This document shows, in pieces, positions 61,397-64,000 of a stretch of DNA of 64,000 bases. Each line of letters starts with the position of its first letter. The stretch's first letter is position 1. The position numbers were made by a program, and so were the translations under genes. The notes below the pieces were generated by a model. It did no database searches, was not told the DNA's origin, and saw only the letters and a list, made by a program, of their open reading frames with translations. Source of the DNA: an uncultured cyanobacterium. GTDB taxonomy: Bacteria; Acidobacteriota; Vicinamibacteria; Vicinamibacterales; UBA2999. The stretch is from NCBI GenBank assembly GCA_963833135.1, contig CAWHWW010000021.1, positions 96,907 through 160,906 of the forward strand. Reading direction: 5' to 3'.

Positions 61397-62522
61397 CGAC
61401 GGACCTTCTGCATCGCGCGGCCGAGATGCATGCCGATCCATGCCATGAACCACGCGAGCACCGCCGCGATGGCCATGTTGCGCCAGAACAGCGCGGCGGT
61501 CGGCTCCCGATAGAAGAATTCATAGCGCGCGAGCGCCGAGCGCTGGCGGCGTCGCGAAGTCGACGTAGCCGCCGCCGAAGAACCAGTTGCGCGCGGCGGG
61601 CGTCATCATGAAATCGGCGAAGGGCCACTGCACCGCAATAAACGCCGCGAAGAATGCGACGCCGACAACGAGCGCGCGGACGAGCGGACGCCACGAGACC
61701 GTGCGCTGCATGATCAAGTCCATCACGAACGCCGGGACGATCAGCAGCAGCGGAAATTCCCACGGTATGAAATGGGTGACTTCGCGAAACACCGGACCGA
61801 GTTTCGGCTCGGCCGGAAAAAGCGGCAGCATCCAGAGGAACGCCAGCGCGAACACGCTGTAGACGGCGGTGATGATGGTGCTTGCCCACTTGCGCTCGGA
61901 TGCGATCGACAGGGCCGCGAGAATCGCCGGCGTGCCGATGAAGACGACGATGTAGAAGCGCGCGTTGTGTTGATCGGCACGGCTGATCGATTCAAGCTTG
62001 ATGAGCAGCGACTCGCAGAGCACGGTGCCGCCGACATAGAGAAAGAGGCGTTCGAGCGCCGGGCCGCATCGCCGCGCTCGCGCGATTCATGAACGCGAGC
62101 ATCAGCATCACCGTGCCGAACTCGATGCCGAAGAATCCTGCCGCCAGCACCATGTGCGGCGGGCTGATGATGCGCACGTCGAGGCCGTAGGCGTTGTGCC
62201 ACCAGTCGTCGAACGGCGCCGACGCGAGCATCGCGACGCCGCCCCACGCGCAGATGAACGCGCCGAGCGGGCCGCGCAGTCCCCAGATGCGGACGCTGAC
62301 GTCCTTGTGCTCGGCGTTCCTGCCGAAGGTCGTGCTGAAGATCAGGTAACCGGCGGCGATCCCGGCGAGGATGCCGCACGCGTAGATCGCCATGTGCGGC
62401 GCCGACCAGAACGTGTCACGCCCGATCGATCGATGCCAGGAAATATCCCAGTAGCCGCCGACGTACGCTGAAGTGACGGCGAGCGCCGCGCACCACAGAT
62501 ACCAGGGAATTCTTTCCTTCAC
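61393..62522 (-). CDS. polytopic membrane protein of unknown function (frameshifted)
   Basis: GTG at 62522 overlaps the upstream stop. ORF 61992..62573 ('GGYWDISWHRSIGRDTFWSAPHMAIY') joins ORF 61520..62023. The hand-read tail is '..FWRNMAIAAVLAWFMAWIGMHLGRAMQKVRR*'. Confidence 0.5.
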
Positions 62523-63154
62523 TCGTAGCTCACGCCGAGTTTCTTCAACGCTTCCGGCGGACACCCGTTCCATCGCGCCACGGATCGATTGCCCATGTAT
62601 TGCAGATCATCGATGCCCATTCGCGTCGTCCAGAAACCGCTCGCGGTGAGATCGCGGAAGTTGCTGAAGAACGCGACGCCGTGCGCAAATTCCGGCTTCG
62701 CCTTCGACGGCCACGCGATGTCGTCGAGCACGGCGGTCCGTTCGGCCTCGGCGCAATTGAGAAACGTCTTGTCGAAGCGCTTCTGGCACTCGACGTCGAG
62801 CCACGCCAGCCCGCCGCGCATCGCGACCTGCCGCGCCGGCTGGTCGATCATCATGAAGTCCATGAACTCCGGCACGCCGGCATCGGTGGCGCTGCCCGAT
62901 CGTTCGTCCTTTGGAATGACGATGTCGGCGAGCACGCTGCACGAGCTTGAATTCGGTGGCGGTGAAGAACTTCGGCACGAACGGTTTCGCCGTCGTCGCC
63001 GCGCGCGCGGCCTGCGCCGATGCGGCAGCCTGCGCCGCTTCGGCGTCCGTCCACGCAAAGGTCGCGGCCGGCGCGGCGAGCAGGATCTTGAGCACGTCGA
63101 CGTGCGGCCTGTCCGCCGTAGCTTGGCGGAGGGGAAGCTCGCGAGACGATTCAT
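62519..63154 (-). CDS. gluconate 2-dehydrogenase subunit 3-family protein (frameshifted)
   Basis: ATG at 63154 overlaps the GMC stop (ATGA). 'LADIVIPKDERSGSATDAGVPEFMDFMMIDQP..' lies in ORF 62519..63436; the N-terminal 'LKILLAAPAATFAWTDAEAAQ' lies in ORF 62607..63095. Confidence 0.75.
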   Translation of the reverse strand: MNRLASFPSAKLRRTGRTSTCSRSCSPRRPRPLRGRTPKRRRLPHRRRPRARRRRRNRSCRSSSPPPNSSSCSVLADIVIPKDERSGSATDAGVPEFMDFMMIDQPARQVAMRGGLAWLDVECQKRFDKTFLNCAEAERTAVLDDIAWPSKAKPEFAHGVAFFSNFRDLTASGFWTTRMGIDDLQYMGNRSVARWNGCPPEALKKLGVSYE

Positions 63155-64000
63155 ATGCTGCCCGCCTTCCTCTGATTGGCGATGTATTCGCTCGTGCGCA
63201 TGGCCAGCGCGAGGATGGTCCAGGTCACGTTCTTGTCCGGGTTGGTCACGAACGGCCCGCCGTCGGTGACGAAACAGGTTGCGGCAATCGTGCGCCTGGC
63301 AGTTGCTGTTCAGCACGGACGTCTTCGGATCGTGGCCCATGCGGACGCAACCGACCTCGTGGATGATGCGGCCTCCCGGCTCGATGCCGTAGCCTTGCGC
63401 GGCCGTCGGCATCGGCGTCATCGGCGTCCCGCCCATCTCGATCGATGATGGCGCGGAAGGTTTCCTGCATGTGCTTGACCTGCTTGAGCTCGTGGTCCGA
63501 CCACTGTCCAGTGGAAGCGCAGCACCGGAATGCCCCAGCGATCCACCACCGCCGGATCGATCTCGCAGTACGAGTTTTCATTGGGGATCATCTCGCCGCG
63601 TCCTGCGAAGCCCACCGTGGCGCCGTAGAAGCGACGGTAGTCGTCCTTCAATTGCTTGCCGTAGCCGCCGCTCGACACCAGGCCTCCGTCTCCAGCGGTG
63701 GTGTGATAGAGATGGACACCGCCCAGCGTGCCGAAGCCGGGCATCCGCCGGCCGCCGCCGAGCTCGATGTGGTAGCCGCGCGGGAAATCGAGTTTCTTGT
63801 TGTCGCCCCACCACGGCATGTAGAGATGCGATCCACTGGCGCCGTCTTCGTTGTGCGGCACGCTGTTCATCATCTTCGGGATGAAGCCGCGAACGCTGGT
63901 GCCGGTCGTGTCGGTGAGGTACTTGCCGACGACGCCGCTCGAGTTGCCGAGGCCCTGCGGAAAGCGAGACGACTTCGAGTTGAGCAACAGCCGCGCGGAT
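63151..64000 (-). CDS. GMC-family FAD oxidoreductase, C-terminal part (5' end outside window; frameshifted)
   Basis: ORF 63418..63987 joins pieces of ORFs 63246..63581 and 62519..63436 ('GGRIIHEVGCVRMGHDPKTSVLNSNCQAHDCRNLF'). The hand-read end is '..ANQRKAGSI*'. Confidence 0.8.

Overview
This is a high-GC bacterial chromosomal window (roughly two-thirds G+C by eye) with about 50 protein genes and one tRNA-Glu(CUC). The family content points to an Acidobacteria-like genome, which is an inference: an ADOP-type duplicated FtsX permease, acidobacterial VWFA-related proteins, CarboxypepD_reg-type TonB-dependent receptors, and a multihaem cytochrome fused to HEAT/TPR repeats. Core genes are uppS-cdsA-dxr-rseP, truA, pyrE, ctaB plus DUF420, atpZ-atpI-atpE and cobA. 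Accessory highlights: (1) a complete quinohemoprotein amine dehydrogenase cluster, qhpG plus translationally coupled qhpA-D-C-B-F-E (50.4-59.1 kb), with every cross-link residue of the QhpC peptide conserved; (2) a tightly packed TonB receptor / CHASE2 cyclase / M48 peptidase / MscS-cNMP channel operon (1.3-9.0 kb); (3) an rRNA-IVS-like cassette carrying a four-helix-bundle gene; (4) two copies of a MITE-like structured element. The signal that gene annotation does not explain is a pervasive family of 'word-repeat' palindromes. In these, 7-9 nt words are reiterated with slippage-like variation and then repeated as the reverse complement. They fill gene gaps, sometimes sit in frame inside genes, and sometimes bracket whole genes or the 7-kb qhp operon. 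About two thirds of the genes are interrupted by frameshifts in this sequence, and the frameshifts are unevenly distributed. These are most likely uncorrected indel errors. Coordinates for such genes are hand-reconstructed spans joining colinear ORF pieces from the track, so boundaries are approximate.
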